DNA of 63,749 nucleotides from an uncultured Collinsella sp. (GTDB lineage: Bacteria; Actinomycetota; Coriobacteriia; Coriobacteriales; Coriobacteriaceae): assembly GCA_900550355.1 (NCBI GenBank), contig URRT01000001.1, positions 1-63,749 of the forward strand, written 5' to 3'. Below, piece by piece: positions 19,809 through 28,938 of this stretch. Each line of letters opens with the position of its first letter. The stretch's first letter is position 1. Both the position numbers and the translations under genes were made by a program. The notes below the pieces were generated by a model. It searched no databases. It had not been told where the DNA came from and saw nothing but the letters and a program-made list of their open reading frames with translations.

Positions 19809-20672
19809 ATGGCGTTTAACGTAAGCGCACTGGGATTTGGCGACAACGTCGTCGACTGCTATGAGCATATTCACACAATGTATCCGGGTGGCAATGCGGT
19901 GAACTTTGCCGTATATGCCAAGAAATGCGGAGCCGCGCGCTCCGCGTATATGGGCATCTTTGGTAATGATGCTGCTGCTGAGCATGTGATTGCGAGTCTT
20001 GAGGATGAGGACGTTGAGCTTGCCAAATGCAAACAGCTCATCGGCGAGAACGGTGCGGCACGCGTTACTGTGGTTGATGGTGATCGTGTCTTTCTTGGCT
20101 CCAACGAGGGCGGTATCCGTGGCGATGCGCGCTATGTCCTCGATCGCTTTGACCTTTCGTACATGAAGCAGTTTGATGTGGTTCATTCGGGCAACTATTG
20201 CTTTACCGAGCGTGAACTTCCCAAGTTGAAGGCCGCGGGCATCACGGTTTCGTTTGACTTCTCGGACGATTCGACCGACGAGTACTACGAGCTGATTGCT
20301 CCCTACGTTGACTTCGCGTTCTTTAGCGCGGCAGATGCCGTGAGCGAGGATGAGATTCGCGAGCGCCTTGCCTGGGTGAAGAGCCTGGGCCCATGTTTTG
20401 TGTCCGCAACGGCTGGCGCCGAGGGCTGCATTGCCTATGACGGCGGGCGTTACTATCGGCAGCATGCCAAGCCCGTGGCAGATATGAAGGACACCATGGG
20501 TGCGGGCGACTCGTTCCTGACTTCGTTCCTGATGTGCTATCTCGATTCCGCCAAGCGTGGCGAGGATGGTGCTGAGGCCATCGAGCGCGCACTCGACTTT
20601 GCGGCGGGGTTTGCTTCGACCGTATGCGGCATGGAAGGCTCCTGGGGCCATGGAGCGCCGATTTCCGAATAG
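19809..20672 (+). CDS. frlD: PfkB family kinase, fructoselysine 6-kinase-like
   Basis: GDNVVDCY, YPGGNAVNFAVY, SFDFSD, DTMGAGDSF. Confidence 0.75.
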   Translation: MAFNVSALGFGDNVVDCYEHIHTMYPGGNAVNFAVYAKKCGAARSAYMGIFGNDAAAEHVIASLEDEDVELAKCKQLIGENGAARVTVVDGDRVFLGSNEGGIRGDARYVLDRFDLSYMKQFDVVHSGNYCFTERELPKLKAAGITVSFDFSDDSTDEYYELIAPYVDFAFFSAADAVSEDEIRERLAWVKSLGPCFVSATAGAEGCIAYDGGRYYRQHAKPVADMKDTMGAGDSFLTSFLMCYLDSAKRGEDGAEAIERALDFAAGFASTVCGMEGSWGHGAPISE

Positions 20673-20722
20673 GTGAGAGCAGTCCCGGTGAGTCGAATTG
20701 TCGCCTCCCCGGGACCCCGTGG

Positions 20723-20933
20723 GCAAAAAATGCCAAATATGAGTGCTGTCACTAATTTAGTAACAGCGAAATCAAGCTTTTGAGAGCCTAGTTGGGTGTC
20801 TGCGAGCGATTAAAACCTGCTAAAAATGATTTTAAGCATCTTGATAATAAACAGTTGTGCATTATCAAGATGTTATTTTGCCGTAAATAATGTGACTAGA
20901 TTTGCAACAGTACTCATATTTGGCATTTTTTGC
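20723..20933. mobile_element. AT-rich MITE-like element with 43-bp terminal inverted repeats
   Basis: Arms 20723-20765 and 20891-20933 match at 37/43; internal perfect 12-bp hairpin 20837-20872. Confidence 0.6.
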
Positions 20934-20942
20934 ACACCGAAC

Positions 20943-21725
20943 TTAGCGAAGGCCAAAAACAGAGCGTGAATTTGCCAAAACTGCCGACTCGATGTGCTTT
21001 GCGGCACAGTTTTTGAGTGAGGCGATGCGTTCTGAGGTCCATGTGAGCGATCTGATGAGCGACCGCGCGCTTGTTTCTGTGTTTGCCTCCGCCGGTGCAT
21101 CGGTCTCGAGCAGTAAACGGTCGAGTGGAATCTGTCGTACGTATTCGCGCCCTCGTTTAGACGCGAGCATGCGTTCGTTGACGGAAAAATAGCAGCCCGC
21201 ATTACGCGCGCGGACGAGTTCGTCCGAAGTACCGCTAAACCAGTGGAAGATGATAACGGGGGAGTCGGGGTTTGGGATGAGTAATCCGTGCGATTCGAGG
21301 GCGTCCAGTACGGTTCCTGCCGAACGAACGGCGTGAATTGATATCACGCGCCCGGCAAGAGAACGCTGCACGAGTGTGTCGCAGAGCCGGTCAAATGCCT
21401 GTATTTGTAGCGGTTCGCTTCCGGCAAAGCGCGCGGAAAAGTCGAGTCCCACCTCGCCGATGTAGCGCTCTTGGGCAGCAACTTCGCAAAGCAGATTGAC
21501 TTCGGCAGGACCGCATCGACCATCGGCGATCCACCAGGGATGGAGGCCGACGCCCGCGATAAAGTTTGGGTAGCGGCTGGCCCGCTTTTTTGCCGCCGCG
21601 AAGTCGCGTGGGTCGACCCCGCAGTCAAAGAGCCCCAGACCCAACGCCGCCGACTCACTGGCTGCAGCATCGGGGCTGAGCATCAAATCAAGGTGACAAT
21701 GCGTGTCAAAGAATCGCGGTTCCAT
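20943..21725 (-). CDS. TatD family hydrolase
   Basis: FDTHCHL, GLHP, IGEVGLD, FHWFSG, LLETDAP. Confidence 0.92.
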   Translation of the reverse strand: MEPRFFDTHCHLDLMLSPDAAASESAALGLGLFDCGVDPRDFAAAKKRASRYPNFIAGVGLHPWWIADGRCGPAEVNLLCEVAAQERYIGEVGLDFSARFAGSEPLQIQAFDRLCDTLVQRSLAGRVISIHAVRSAGTVLDALESHGLLIPNPDSPVIIFHWFSGTSDELVRARNAGCYFSVNERMLASKRGREYVRQIPLDRLLLETDAPAEANTETSARSLIRSLTWTSERIASLKNCAAKHIESAVLANSRSVFGLR

Positions 21726-21739
21726 CGCAGGACATCCTG

Positions 21740-22540
21740 CTAGTCCAGGCGTTGGCCGTCGGCGCGCACGCGCTCGGTGCCGCGCCCGCTGATCTGGCGG
21801 ATAACCTCGCCGGCAATCATCTGACCCATGATGGGCGGCATAAAGCTGGCGGTACCCAACTCGGTACGCTCGTGGATGTTGGAAGGGTCGCGGGGCTGTG
21901 TCTTAACCGATTCCTCGCAGCTAAACAGCACGTGCAGGCTTTTGATTCCGCGCTTCTTACATTCTTTGCGCATAATGCGGCTCATGGGGTCACGTACCGT
22001 ATCGAAAATGTCGGCAAAGCGGAGGCACTCGGGATGGAGTTTGTTGGCCCCGCCCATGGAGCTAACCAAACGAATGTCGTGGTCCTGAGCATATTTGGCA
22101 ATGGTGAGCCTGGCCGAGATGGTGTCGATGGCGTCGACGACGTAGTCGAGCTTGCCGCCCGTCTGCTCCAAAACGCTCGCGAAAAACTCGTCGATGTTAT
22201 CGCTCAACAGGTATTCGGTACGCTTGATGACGGTGGCAGCAGGATTGATGTCGTGGATCATGGCTTCCATCACGTCCACCTTGCGCTTGCCGACGGTGCT
22301 GTGGAAGGCGATGGCCTGGCGATTGATATTGCTGGGCGCGATGATGTCCTTGTCCAGAATGACGAAATGACCGATGCCGCCGCGGGCGAGTGCCTCGCAG
22401 CAGTTGGAGCCCACGCCACCGCAGCCGAGCACCAGCACTGTGGAGTTGGCGAGTTTGTCGAGCGCCTCGCGCCCCATAATGATCTCGAGCTTAGTATCGC
22501 GCGTCTCGACGGGAGCGGCAGCGGTTTCGGTCATAGACAT
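21740..22540 (-). CDS. tcdA: ThiF family protein, tRNA threonylcarbamoyladenosine dehydratase-like
   Basis: GCGGVGS, SNINRQ, VVDAID, SSMGGANKL. Confidence 0.82.
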   Translation of the reverse strand: MSMTETAAAPVETRDTKLEIIMGREALDKLANSTVLVLGCGGVGSNCCEALARGGIGHFVILDKDIIAPSNINRQAIAFHSTVGKRKVDVMEAMIHDINPAATVIKRTEYLLSDNIDEFFASVLEQTGGKLDYVVDAIDTISARLTIAKYAQDHDIRLVSSMGGANKLHPECLRFADIFDTVRDPMSRIMRKECKKRGIKSLHVLFSCEESVKTQPRDPSNIHERTELGTASFMPPIMGQMIAGEVIRQISGRGTERVRADGQRLD

Positions 22541-22621
22541 CCTCCGATGGGGAAGCGAATCGTGTTTTAGCTATCGTCATTATAGGTATTATCGCGATTC
22601 CATTTGAGCCTTAGGGGCTTG

Positions 22622-22650
22622 TTGAAATGAGGCAGTGATTCGCATAAGAT
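22622..22650 (+). promoter_or_regulatory. Sigma70-like promoter of putative sRNA
   Basis: TTGAAA-N17-TAAGAT. Confidence 0.6.
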
Positions 22651-22656
22651 GAAGCA

Positions 22657-22752
22657 GATGGCACCCGTTGCAGCGGGTTGGCCAACTCCCAAACACGTTT
22701 GTAGCGTGAGAAGTGGCCGTCTTCGCATTACGCGGGGGCGGCTATTTTTTTT
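22657..22752 (+). ncRNA. Putative ~95-nt sRNA (type I antitoxin-like architecture)
   Basis: Promoter, 5' hairpin acccg-ttgcag-cgggt, 15-bp GU-containing terminator stem 22712-22746 plus T-run; no ORF. Confidence 0.55.
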
Positions 22753-22761
22753 GAGTGTAAG

Positions 22762-22800
22762 ATTAGACAATTAGACAAACATCTAAATATCGAGTATAGT
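22762..22800 (+). promoter_or_regulatory. Promoter and operator of the ArsR/SdpR gene
   Basis: TAGACA-N17-TATAGT; ATTAGACA direct repeat; TTAGA-N6-TCTAA inverted repeat. Confidence 0.55.
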
Positions 22801-22834
22801 GTGCGCGTCATGAGAGATGATGAGAGGAGGTCTT

Positions 22835-23113
22835 ATGCCGGGAGAGGGTTTTAAGGCGCTTGCCGATCCAACGCGACGGCGCATTTTGGAGTTGCTGCGC
22901 GAGGGCAATTGCACGGCGGGGGAGCTTGCCGAGCATTTCGATATCAGTAAGCCGTCGCTAAGCCATCACTTGGCGACGCTCAAAAATGCCGGGTTGGTGA
23001 CCGACGAGCGCCATGGCCAAAACATCGTATACAGCTTAAACACCACCGTCATGCAGGACTTGATCGGTTGGTTTATGGGCTTTACAAACACGGAAGGTGA
23101 TAAGGATGAATAA
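22835..23113 (+). CDS. ArsR/SdpR family autorepressor
   Basis: FKALADPTRRRIL, ISKPSLSHHL, YSLNTTV. Confidence 0.88.
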   Translation: MPGEGFKALADPTRRRILELLREGNCTAGELAEHFDISKPSLSHHLATLKNAGLVTDERHGQNIVYSLNTTVMQDLIGWFMGFTNTEGDKDE

Positions 23114-23810
23114 CGAAAACAAGGGCATTCACGCCACGGGGGTATCGCGGCGTGTGTGGATTGCGCTGATCGCTCTGTGCGTCGCCAATGTCGTAGCGCA
23201 TCTCATAGTGATGCCGAGCTTGCCTGCGCAGATTCCTACGCACTGGGGCGCGAACGGCGCCGTCGACGGTTGGGGTCCTAGCTGGATGGCCTCCGCGCTC
23301 GGCGTGCTGCCTCTGGCGCTTCTCGCAATGTTCTGCGTGGTGCCGCGCATCGACCCCAAAGGTGAGGCATATCGAACCTCGGGCAAGTTCTATCAGGGCT
23401 TCGTAATCGCCTTCACCTTGTTCATGTGCGCCATAAGCTGGCTGGGAGAGCTTACGGTCTGGGGCGTGGTGCCGGCGATCGGTTCGGTCAACGTGCTGAT
23501 TTCCGGTGCTGTCGGTTTGCTGTTCATCGGCGTAGGCAACTACTTGCCGCGTGTGAAGCAGAACTATACGCTTGGTATCAAGACGCCCTGGGCGCTTGCC
23601 GATCCCGAGAACTGGCGCCGTACGCAGCGCTTTGGCGGTGCCTGCTTTATGGTGCTGGGTGTTGGCCTGATTGTGATGGGCGTGGCGGGTAGCGTGCTTT
23701 CGAGTGAAGTCGTCGCCGCGGTGATTGCGGTCCTGGCGTTTGGTTCGGCCGGAGCTGCCTACGTCTATTCGTATCTGCTGTGGCGTAAATCGCAGCGAGC
23801 CGTTCGCTAA
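23106..23810 (+). CDS. SdpI family immunity-like membrane protein (DUF1648)
   Basis: IPTHWG..G.VDGW, GNYLPRVKQNYTLGIKTPWAL. Confidence 0.85.
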   Translation: MNNENKGIHATGVSRRVWIALIALCVANVVAHLIVMPSLPAQIPTHWGANGAVDGWGPSWMASALGVLPLALLAMFCVVPRIDPKGEAYRTSGKFYQGFVIAFTLFMCAISWLGELTVWGVVPAIGSVNVLISGAVGLLFIGVGNYLPRVKQNYTLGIKTPWALADPENWRRTQRFGGACFMVLGVGLIVMGVAGSVLSSEVVAAVIAVLAFGSAGAAYVYSYLLWRKSQRAVR

Positions 23811-23993
23811 GGTTGCGGAAAACTAGCGTACGCAGTTCATAGTATGTTCTGGGGGACTTTTCCCAGGTAGTATTAGGGGTGTGGGCAACCATGCCCCTTT
23901 TTCGTTAAGTTTCAGAGCTGGTTTCCTCATTGCGTTTCCACTAAAGCGAAACAAGAATAGGGAAACAGCAGGTAGAAAGGATAAAACAGGCAA

Positions 23994-25673
23994 ATGGCAG
24001 AGTTTATCTACCAGATGTATCAGGCTCGCAAGGCCCATGGCGACAAGGTAATCCTTGACGACGTGACCCTGAGCTTCTACCCCGGTGCCAAGATCGGCGT
24101 CGTGGGTCCCAACGGCATGGGCAAGTCGACCCTGCTCAAGATCATGGCCGGCATCGAGGAGGTCTCCAACGGCGATGCCAAGCTCACCCCCGGCTACACC
24201 GTGGGCATCCTGCAGCAGGAGCCGCCGCTCGACGATGACAAGACCGTTATCGAGAACGTGCGCATGGCGTTTGGCGATATGATCGCCAAGGTCGATCGCT
24301 TCAATAAGATCGGCGAGGAGATGTGCGACCCGGATTGCGACATGGACGCCCTCATGGCCGAGATGGGAAAGCTCCAGGACGAGATCGACGCCGCCGACGG
24401 CTGGGATATCGATTCCAAGCTCGGCCAGGCCATGGACGCCCTGCAGCTGCCCGATTCCGACATGCCGGTCAACGTACTTTCCGGCGGCGAGCGCCGTCGC
24501 GTGGCCCTGTGCAAGCTGCTGCTCGAAGCTCCCGACCTGCTGCTGCTCGACGAGCCCACGAACCACCTGGACGCCGAGTCGATCCTATGGCTCGAGCACT
24601 TCCTGCACAACTACCAGGGCGCGGTGCTTGCCGTCACGCACGATCGCTACTTCCTGGATAACGTTGCCGAGTGGATCTGCGAGGTCGACCGCGGTCACCT
24701 TTATCCCTACAAGGGCAACTACTCCACGTATCTGGAGACCAAGGCCGCCCGTATCGAGGCGCAGGGCAACCGCGACGCCAAGCTCGCCAAGCGCATGGAG
24801 GCCGAGCTCGAGTGGGTACGCAGCTCGCCCAAGGCTCGCCAGGCAAAGAACAAGGCCCGTCTGGCTCGCTACGAGGAGATGGAGGCCGAGGCCCGCGCAA
24901 GCCAGAAGCTCGACTGGACCGATATCCGCATTCCCGTTGGACCGCGTTTGGGTAACAAGGTGCTCGAGGCCCATCACCTGCACAAGGAATTCGACGGTCG
25001 CGTGCTCATCGACGACCTATCGTTCACCCTGCCGCGCAACGGCATTGTGGGCGTCATCGGCCCCAACGGTGTGGGCAAGACCACACTCTTCAAGACCATC
25101 GTGGGTCTGGAACCGCTGACTTCGGGCGAGCTCGAGGTGGGCGAGACCGTCAAGATCTCCTATGTCGACCAGAACCGTTCTGGCATCGACCCCGATAAGA
25201 ACCTGTGGGAGGTCGTCTCGGATGGCCTGGACCACATGATGGTCGGCGAGACCGAGGTTCCGAGCCGCGCTTATGTGGCGAGCTTTGGCTTTAAGGGCCA
25301 GGACCAGCAGAAGCGCGCTGGCGTACTCTCCGGTGGCGAGCGCAACCGTCTGAACCTGGCGCTCACGCTCAAGCAGGGCGGCAACCTGCTGCTCCTCGAT
25401 GAGCCCACGAACGACCTCGACGTCGAGACGCTGTCCTCGCTCGAGGCGGCGCTGCTCGAGTTCCCGGGCTGCTCGGTGGTCATTAGCCACGACCGTATGT
25501 TCTTGGACCGCGTCGCCACGCACATTCTGGCGTGGGAGGGTACCGACGAGAATCCGGGTAACTGGTATTGGTTCGAGGGCAACTTTGAGGCCTATCAGGC
25601 CAACCGCATCGAGCGCCTGGGCGAGGACGCAGCCCAGCCGCATCGTATTCACCGTAAGCTGACGCGCGACTAG
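23994..25673 (+). CDS. ettA: Energy-dependent translational throttle ABC-F protein
   Basis: Two ABC domains, ELEWVRSSPKARQAKNKARL linker, WYWFEGNF. Confidence 0.95.
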   Translation: MAEFIYQMYQARKAHGDKVILDDVTLSFYPGAKIGVVGPNGMGKSTLLKIMAGIEEVSNGDAKLTPGYTVGILQQEPPLDDDKTVIENVRMAFGDMIAKVDRFNKIGEEMCDPDCDMDALMAEMGKLQDEIDAADGWDIDSKLGQAMDALQLPDSDMPVNVLSGGERRRVALCKLLLEAPDLLLLDEPTNHLDAESILWLEHFLHNYQGAVLAVTHDRYFLDNVAEWICEVDRGHLYPYKGNYSTYLETKAARIEAQGNRDAKLAKRMEAELEWVRSSPKARQAKNKARLARYEEMEAEARASQKLDWTDIRIPVGPRLGNKVLEAHHLHKEFDGRVLIDDLSFTLPRNGIVGVIGPNGVGKTTLFKTIVGLEPLTSGELEVGETVKISYVDQNRSGIDPDKNLWEVVSDGLDHMMVGETEVPSRAYVASFGFKGQDQQKRAGVLSGGERNRLNLALTLKQGGNLLLLDEPTNDLDVETLSSLEAALLEFPGCSVVISHDRMFLDRVATHILAWEGTDENPGNWYWFEGNFEAYQANRIERLGEDAAQPHRIHRKLTRD

Positions 25674-25682
25674 TAGCAAGTA

Positions 25683-25712
25683 GAAAGGCCGCCACCAAGG
25701 GCGGCCTTTCTT
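25683..25712 (+). terminator. Intrinsic terminator after ettA
   Basis: gaaaggccgcc-accaa-gggcggcctttc. Confidence 0.75.
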
Positions 25713-25953
25713 GTAGCAATTGCACTGCAGCTATGCCCTAGCTGCTGGTTTGATTCATAATCAAAGTCATCTCTTTGGGATTAAAGCCCGTTTTTGCTAT
25801 GAGTGATTTTCTAATTCCGTTTAAAACGTAAAGCCGCATTGGGTTGCAAGGACATAAGCAAATCGAATTGAAATATAACCAGTGCTGTAACGTTACAAAA
25901 AAGATTATAGAATAGGAGTACCTTATTAGTCGCTTCTCTAGAAAGAAGAACAT

Positions 25954-27081
25954 ATGCTTTCGCGTCGTCGTTTTCTGCAACTTGTCGCGTCTTCAATTGT
26001 CGCCTTAGCCGCACGTCCGAAAGAGGTTTTTGCTTCGACGGGCAATATTGATGGTGAGCAGATACAATTTACTTCTGAAATTGCGCAAGAGCTTGCCGAT
26101 AAATATATAAAGGGACTCCTCGGCTATTCGTATACGCCTTCTGACCCTATTCCTTTTGTAGATGTTGATGGGTCCCCGCTTGGTTACATTGTTCCGGTTG
26201 TGACATCCAATAGAGCCGCGGGCTATTTGGTTTTAGATGCTTCAGATGATGAAATACTTACGGGATATCGTTTTGGAGACGGCTTAGTCAGCCCTATGGA
26301 TCGGGGAGGAGATCTTGGTGTCGAGTCTTATTCGTTCAATAACCCAGTCGTAATGATCAATCCATTCGAATTCGGCGTGCAATCTTTGGACGGTTCAATA
26401 ACAACAAATTGCGGAAGAACAATCCCGGCTGTTTCCATAGAAGGACGGCCTGTCGTTTTATCGAATAAACCTTCAAGCTGGAACGATGTTGTAATTTACG
26501 CAACTCAAATGCAGGATTACACAGTATCTGGATTTCGTTCCATTTCTCAGTTTATGTCATATGATGAAAGCGAGATTAAGAGGCTTACCGCCCACTATGC
26601 TTGTATGGTGACAGCTTTTTCGAACGTTGCGGAACTGTATGGCATTGCCAATTTATATAGCGACCCTTCGCAATATATGCAGATATGGAATTACACCAAT
26701 ACCCATGCTCTTTCCGATGAAGAACAGACTGTTCCCGGCGTTGTTTTGGGTGGAACGCCGATATCAACCTGTGCAACGGGGTTTACAAATTACTGCGCAA
26801 GCAGAGGAAGTACTCTTATCGCCCGCACTGTCTCCTCTCCGGCTATCGCGAGCATCCAAAATGAGATTAACTCTAATAGACCGAATGTTTTACATGCGAG
26901 TTTGTACAACGGATCAGCCCATTCTGTAACAGCGGAGGCTTACGCCACACTTACTGGTAAGAAAACTGGAGAGACAAGGCAGATGATTGGCATAGCGGAC
27001 GGCTGGAATTCATCTTTATCCTTCCTGAAGTATGATCAGAGCTATTATGCGTGGACTTATGGAACGACTTTTTCGAAGTAG
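25954..27081 (+). CDS. Tat-signal secreted protein with putative papain-fold (C39-like) peptidase domain
   Basis: SRRRFLQ twin-arginine motif; candidate triad YACMVTA / AHSVTAEAY / IADGWN; low GC. Confidence 0.65.
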   Translation: MLSRRRFLQLVASSIVALAARPKEVFASTGNIDGEQIQFTSEIAQELADKYIKGLLGYSYTPSDPIPFVDVDGSPLGYIVPVVTSNRAAGYLVLDASDDEILTGYRFGDGLVSPMDRGGDLGVESYSFNNPVVMINPFEFGVQSLDGSITTNCGRTIPAVSIEGRPVVLSNKPSSWNDVVIYATQMQDYTVSGFRSISQFMSYDESEIKRLTAHYACMVTAFSNVAELYGIANLYSDPSQYMQIWNYTNTHALSDEEQTVPGVVLGGTPISTCATGFTNYCASRGSTLIARTVSSPAIASIQNEINSNRPNVLHASLYNGSAHSVTAEAYATLTGKKTGETRQMIGIADGWNSSLSFLKYDQSYYAWTYGTTFSK

Positions 27082-27451
27082 GGCGATTCGTCTAGCTCTG
27101 TCTTTGGTGCTGATGGCTTCATTGGTGGGCTGTTCAACAAAGGAAGAGATATCGCGCGGAGGTTCCGGAGAAGTGACTGCGACAGACTCAGGTTCATTAG
27201 AAATAGCTGGCGGGCATGCCGATGTGATGTTACAAGGAAAAGGCGTGCTTAGGTCGATTGATGCTGAAGACGCTGTCTGCTCAATAGAGGATTTGAAGAC
27301 AGGTGAAACTGCATCGTACCGAGTTTCAGATAATGCTGCGAATATGATTGAGTCGATACCGACTGGAGCGCAGGTTTCTTTTAGATACTTTGCTCCGCAA
27401 CTTGAGGATGAGCTTGCTTCTCTGGTGTCTATATGCACCGATGACAACTAA
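27059..27451 (+). CDS. Hypothetical lipoprotein
   Basis: Signal peptide with lipobox LVGC; overlaps the upstream stop. Confidence 0.7.
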   Translation: MERLFRSRAIRLALSLVLMASLVGCSTKEEISRGGSGEVTATDSGSLEIAGGHADVMLQGKGVLRSIDAEDAVCSIEDLKTGETASYRVSDNAANMIESIPTGAQVSFRYFAPQLEDELASLVSICTDDN

Positions 27452-27464
27452 AAGGCCTGAATTC

Positions 27465-27507
27465 AAACGGCCTCGGATGGTCAATTGGCTATCCGAGGCC
27501 GTTTTTT
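27465..27507. terminator. Bidirectional terminator
   Basis: aaacggcctcggat...atccgaggccgtttt. Confidence 0.75.
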
Positions 27508-28804
27508 ACTCGACCGGGGCTTCGACCTTGTCGATGGTCCAGGCGGCTCCGAGGCCGCCGGTGGTGTTGCGGCGGATGCGCACTGTAACCTCGCGGCGCT
27601 CGCCGGCCTGCGTGTAGCACAGGAGGAAGTTTGCGCGGTTTCGCGCGGCCTCGATGGTACCGCGCTCGCGGGCGATCCAGTAGTACTCGCCGACAATGCC
27701 GAGCGTGTCGGCGCCGTAGGGGAGATAGGTCGACAACTGGTGCAGAAGCGGGCCGGGGCAGAAGACCTCGGTTGCGAAATCGACGGGGAAGTCCTCAGGG
27801 ATGGCGGGCGCTGCGGGTGCGGGGGTTGGGGCCGCTGCGGGTACCGAAGCCGGTGCCGGTGCGGGAACTTGGTCGCAAGCAGAGGCGGGCACGGATTCGA
27901 TGACGGGTGCGGGCTCAGGCACCGGTTCCGGCTTAACTGCGGAATCTGCGGGCTTCACGGTGACGGGCGCGTCTACAGCTGCAGTTTCAAACTCAACCTG
28001 CATCGCGCTCTCATTCTCGACGCTCGACTTTGCTTCGATGGGCGTGGATGCCATAGTGGTGATGCCGGCGTTGGCGTTCTCGGGGTCATAGACGACCGTG
28101 AGCGAGATGGCGGGCTCCGGCGTCTCGGGCTCCGGCGTCGACTCGGTAGCGCCTTGATCGTCGGACTGATCGTCCTCAGCCTCGTCGCCAAAGACATCGC
28201 TGTTTTGGAACGCAGGCGTCTCAGGTTGGTTAGCGACTTCTTCGGTTGTCGACTTGGGAGTCTCGTTGAGCTCCGCAGTGGCTTCCTGCTCGGATATGAC
28301 TTTGGGATCGGTCGTGGCGGCGATTTCGGTTTCGGCTTCTGCCGTTACCTCAATAGCGACTTCGATCTCTGCCTCGGGCTCGGGCTCCGGCATAGCTTCA
28401 GCCACGGGCTCGGGCTCGGGACGCTTAACGTGCTTGGGGCGCACGGCCTTGAGGTCCTTCTCGCCGCGCTTCTTCTTTTTGTAGGACTGCTTGGCACCCT
28501 TGGCAGCCTTGGGCTTGTCCTCGCCCTTGGCAAGGGCGGCATCCCAGGCCTCGTTGGCGATGACCGTGGCATACAGGCGACCGCCCTTAAAGACGGTCAG
28601 CTTAATGCAGTCGTCGAGCTCCTCGAGCAGCTCGCGCGTGGTCTCGAAGCCCAGGTCATAAGCGGCCATGTCACCAGCGGCGAGTGCCTCCTCGACCTGC
28701 GTCATAAACGTTTGCTTGCCGCATCCGATTGCATCGCGCAGCAGGCGATACAGATAGATGTGGTTGCCCAGCGAAAGCGTGGGCCTAACTATTGTCTTGC
28801 TCAT
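27506..28804 (-). CDS. Hypothetical protein with Glu/Pro/Ala-rich linker
   Basis: AGGAG RBS; globular-looking ends around a low-complexity centre. Confidence 0.75.
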   Translation of the reverse strand: MSKTIVRPTLSLGNHIYLYRLLRDAIGCGKQTFMTQVEEALAAGDMAAYDLGFETTRELLEELDDCIKLTVFKGGRLYATVIANEAWDAALAKGEDKPKAAKGAKQSYKKKKRGEKDLKAVRPKHVKRPEPEPVAEAMPEPEPEAEIEVAIEVTAEAETEIAATTDPKVISEQEATAELNETPKSTTEEVANQPETPAFQNSDVFGDEAEDDQSDDQGATESTPEPETPEPAISLTVVYDPENANAGITTMASTPIEAKSSVENESAMQVEFETAAVDAPVTVKPADSAVKPEPVPEPAPVIESVPASACDQVPAPAPASVPAAAPTPAPAAPAIPEDFPVDFATEVFCPGPLLHQLSTYLPYGADTLGIVGEYYWIARERGTIEAARNRANFLLCYTQAGERREVTVRIRRNTTGGLGAAWTIDKVEAPVE

Positions 28805-28938
28805 GGCAAATCTCCTCTTTACACACCAAAGCATCTTACCATCGCGCGGGGCTTGCTACCTCGGCGCCCAAGGCAAACGGGCGCGACCGTTGCCGGTTCG
28901 CGCCCGTTGTACAGGTTGCCTATCTGGGGATGCAGCGC

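Noticed and set aside
19809..20672. frlD-like kinase as a full fructoselysine utilisation locus
   Set aside because: No deglycase (FrlB) or transporter adjacent; the substrate is not certain.
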